Below are positions 61,613 through 63,739 of a DNA stretch of 63,739 nt, in pieces. This DNA comes from Chiloscyllium plagiosum (taxonomy: Eukaryota). The stretch's first letter is position 1. Each line of letters starts with the position of its first letter. The notes below the pieces were generated by a model. That model ran no database searches. It saw only the letters and a list, made by a program, of their open reading frames with translations, and had not been told where the DNA came from. The position numbers were made by a program, and so were the translations under genes. Location of the stretch: positions 18,075,088 through 18,138,826 of the forward strand of contig NC_057731.1 in the NCBI RefSeq assembly GCF_004010195.1, read 5' to 3'.

Positions 61613-63019
61613 GTTGATCCCCTGGCTTAATGGTAATGGTTGAGTAGGGGCTATGCTGGGCCATGAGGTTACAGATTGTGCTGGAGTACAGTTCTGCTGC
61701 TGTTAATGGCCCACAGCACCTCATGGATGCCCAGTCTTCAGTTGCTACATTTGTTCAAAATCTGTCCCATTTAGCACAGTGATAGTGTCACACAACATGA
61801 TGGAGGTTATTCTCAATTTGAAAGCGGGACTTCATCTCCCTAAGGACTGTGCGGTGGTGACTCTTACCGATATTGTCATAGACAGATGCTACTGCAGCCG
61901 GCAGATTGGTCAGGATGAGGTAAAATATGTTTTTCTCTCTTGTTGGTTCCCTCTATGTCATAACAGCTATGTCCTTTGGGACCCGACCAGCATGGCCAGT
62001 AGAACTGCTGCTGAGCCATTCTTGATGGTGGGCATTGAAATTCCCCACTTAGAGTGCATTTTATGTCTTTGCCATCCTCAGTGCTTCCTCCAAGTGTTGT
62101 TCACTGGGTCTGGGAATGTTGAGGCAACTCACTCCCAACTGTATACCACTGTGCTGCTACCTCCACTGGGTCTGTCCTACAGGTGGGACAGGTCATATCC
62201 AGAGATGGTAATGGTGGTGTCTGGGACATTGTATGTCAGGTACGATTCCACGATTATGACTGTCAGGCTGTTGCTTGACTAGTCTGTGAGACAGCTCTTC
62301 CAATTTTGGCATGAGCCCCTGGATGTTTGTGAGAAGAACTTTGCAGGGTCAACAGAGCTGTTTCTGCCGTTATCATTTCCAGTTTCTAGGTCAAGACTTT
62401 GTAGCAATTGATACAACTGAACAGCTTGCTTGGCCATTGAGAGTCAGCTAGATTGCTGTGGCTCTGGAGTCAGACGTAGGCCAAATCAGATGAGGATGGC
62501 AGTTTCCTTCCCTGAAGGGCATTAATGAACAAAATGGGTTTTTGCCAACAATTGATAATGGTCATCAATTGATTCTTAATTTTTAAAAATTGAATTCAAA
62601 TTCTGCCAACCCAAGTCCATGGAACTTTAGCTAAGTTTCTGGATTAATAATCAAATATAACACCACTAGACCATCTCCACCCCAGCTGAGACTGATAGAA
62701 AGCCTGGATACTTTTGAAATTGATTTAAGATTAACAGTTCATGTTTTAAAATTTGTATCCCAAAACTATGTTTAAATTATTAATAAATGTTATCAAATTT
62801 ATACATGCTGTCATACTGTCAGGAATTAGATCAAAGATGTTCAGACAAGGTAAAAGACTACAATAAGCAGAAACCCATTGCAGGATTTCATTCAGCCTGA
62901 GCCAGTGCTTCCAATCATTCAAGAGGGAAAAAGAAAAAAATTCCTACTAGTCCAATGAGTATGAAATTTGTTTTTGTTATTTAAAATAAAATTGCTCACT
63001 CAGGTAATATCAGTTTTTC

Positions 63020-63352
63020 TTATTCATTGATGGGATGAGGATGTCATTGGCTGGGCCAGCATATATTTCCCCATCCCTTATTCCCCAGAGAGCAGTAAGA
63101 GTCTATCACATTGCTGTGGGCCTGGGATCACATGTAGGTCAGACCAGATAAAGATGGCAATTCCTTTAGTGAACAATTGGGTTTTTCCAACAATTGACAA
63201 TGGATTCATGGTCAACATTAGATTCTTAATTGCAGATTTTTTAAAAAAATTGGGGTCAAATACCACCATCTACCATGATGGGATTTAAACCCAGGTCCTC
63301 AGAACATTATCTGGGTCTCTGGATAAACAGTCAACCGCTAGACCATCGCCTC
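63020..63352 (-). mobile_element. tRNA-headed SINE
   Basis: GGAGGCGATGGTCTAGCGG head, GGTTTAAATCCC box; homologous to 31595-31940. Confidence 0.8.
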
Positions 63353-63424
63353 CTGTTTAAACATATCCTTGATAACTGCATTAGTATGCTAATATTGGTT
63401 TGTGCAGCATTGGAGATAACTTTA

Positions 63425-63739
63425 AACTATGAGTATTTACTGTGGAAAAGGATATGGAAGATATAGACTGTAGGGAAATAGATGGTGACATCTTGCAAAA
63501 TGTCCAGATTACAGAGGAGGAATTGCTGGATGACTTGAAACGGCCAAAGGTGGATAAATCCCCAGGACCTGATCAGGCGTATCCGAGAACTCTGTGGGAA
63601 GCTAGAGAAGTGATTGCTGGGACTCGCTGAGATATTTGGATCATCGATAGTCACAGGTGAGGTGCCGGAAGACAGGAAGTTGGCTAATGTGGTGCAACTA
63701 TTTAGGAAAGGTGATAAGGACAAGCCAGGGAACTATAGA
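63425..63739 (+). mobile_element. CR1/HER1 LINE RT fragment, runs off the window
   Basis: KVDKSPGPDQAYPRTLWEAREVIAG; LANVVQLFRKGDKDKPGNYR. Confidence 0.9.

Larger units (their letters stand above)
58985..62690 (-). mobile_element. Near full-length CR1-group LINE (APE and RT, no obvious ORF1) with a tRNA-SINE-like 5' head; decayed, with two Penelope insertions
   Basis: KAMGPDNILAIVLNTCAPELA; NYHPISLISIISKVME; ALDIKSAFD; VGVPQDSVLSPTIF; 3' tail GGGACAGGCAATAAATG. 62420-62690 is homologous to the SINE at 31595-31940. Confidence 0.88.

Overview
Repeat-rich vertebrate genomic DNA. The HE1/V-SINEs with (TCTAA)n tails, HER1/CR1-type LINEs and Penelope-like elements point to an elasmobranch (shark); this is inference. 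The only host protein-coding sequence I can recognise is the 87-nt last coding exon of terminal deoxynucleotidyl transferase (DNTT/TdT) at 42435-42521 (+; [28 protein letters not shown]), which is too short for the ORF track. I found no other TdT exon by eye, so positions 1-42434 appear to be a last intron of over 42 kb. The rest is nested, mostly decayed mobile DNA: CR1, Rex1, Tx1 and CR1-group LINEs, Gypsy and Gmr1-type LTR remnants, PIF/Harbinger remnants, three SINE families, and young Penelope-like insertions with 13-17 bp TSDs carrying minimal hammerhead ribozyme motifs. There is one assembly gap (49792-50322). Most notable: an intron-containing pre-tRNA-Pro-like sequence fused upstream of an HE1 SINE and inserted as one unit in a Tx1 element; tiny palindromic hammerhead-bearing Penelope derivatives; a 108-bp, 99% identical inverted repeat around unique sequence; and a SINE that looks like a 5'+3' deletion derivative of a LINE with a tRNA-like head. 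Repeat boundaries are by eye and approximate unless a TSD is given. Family names come from remembered motifs, not database searches.
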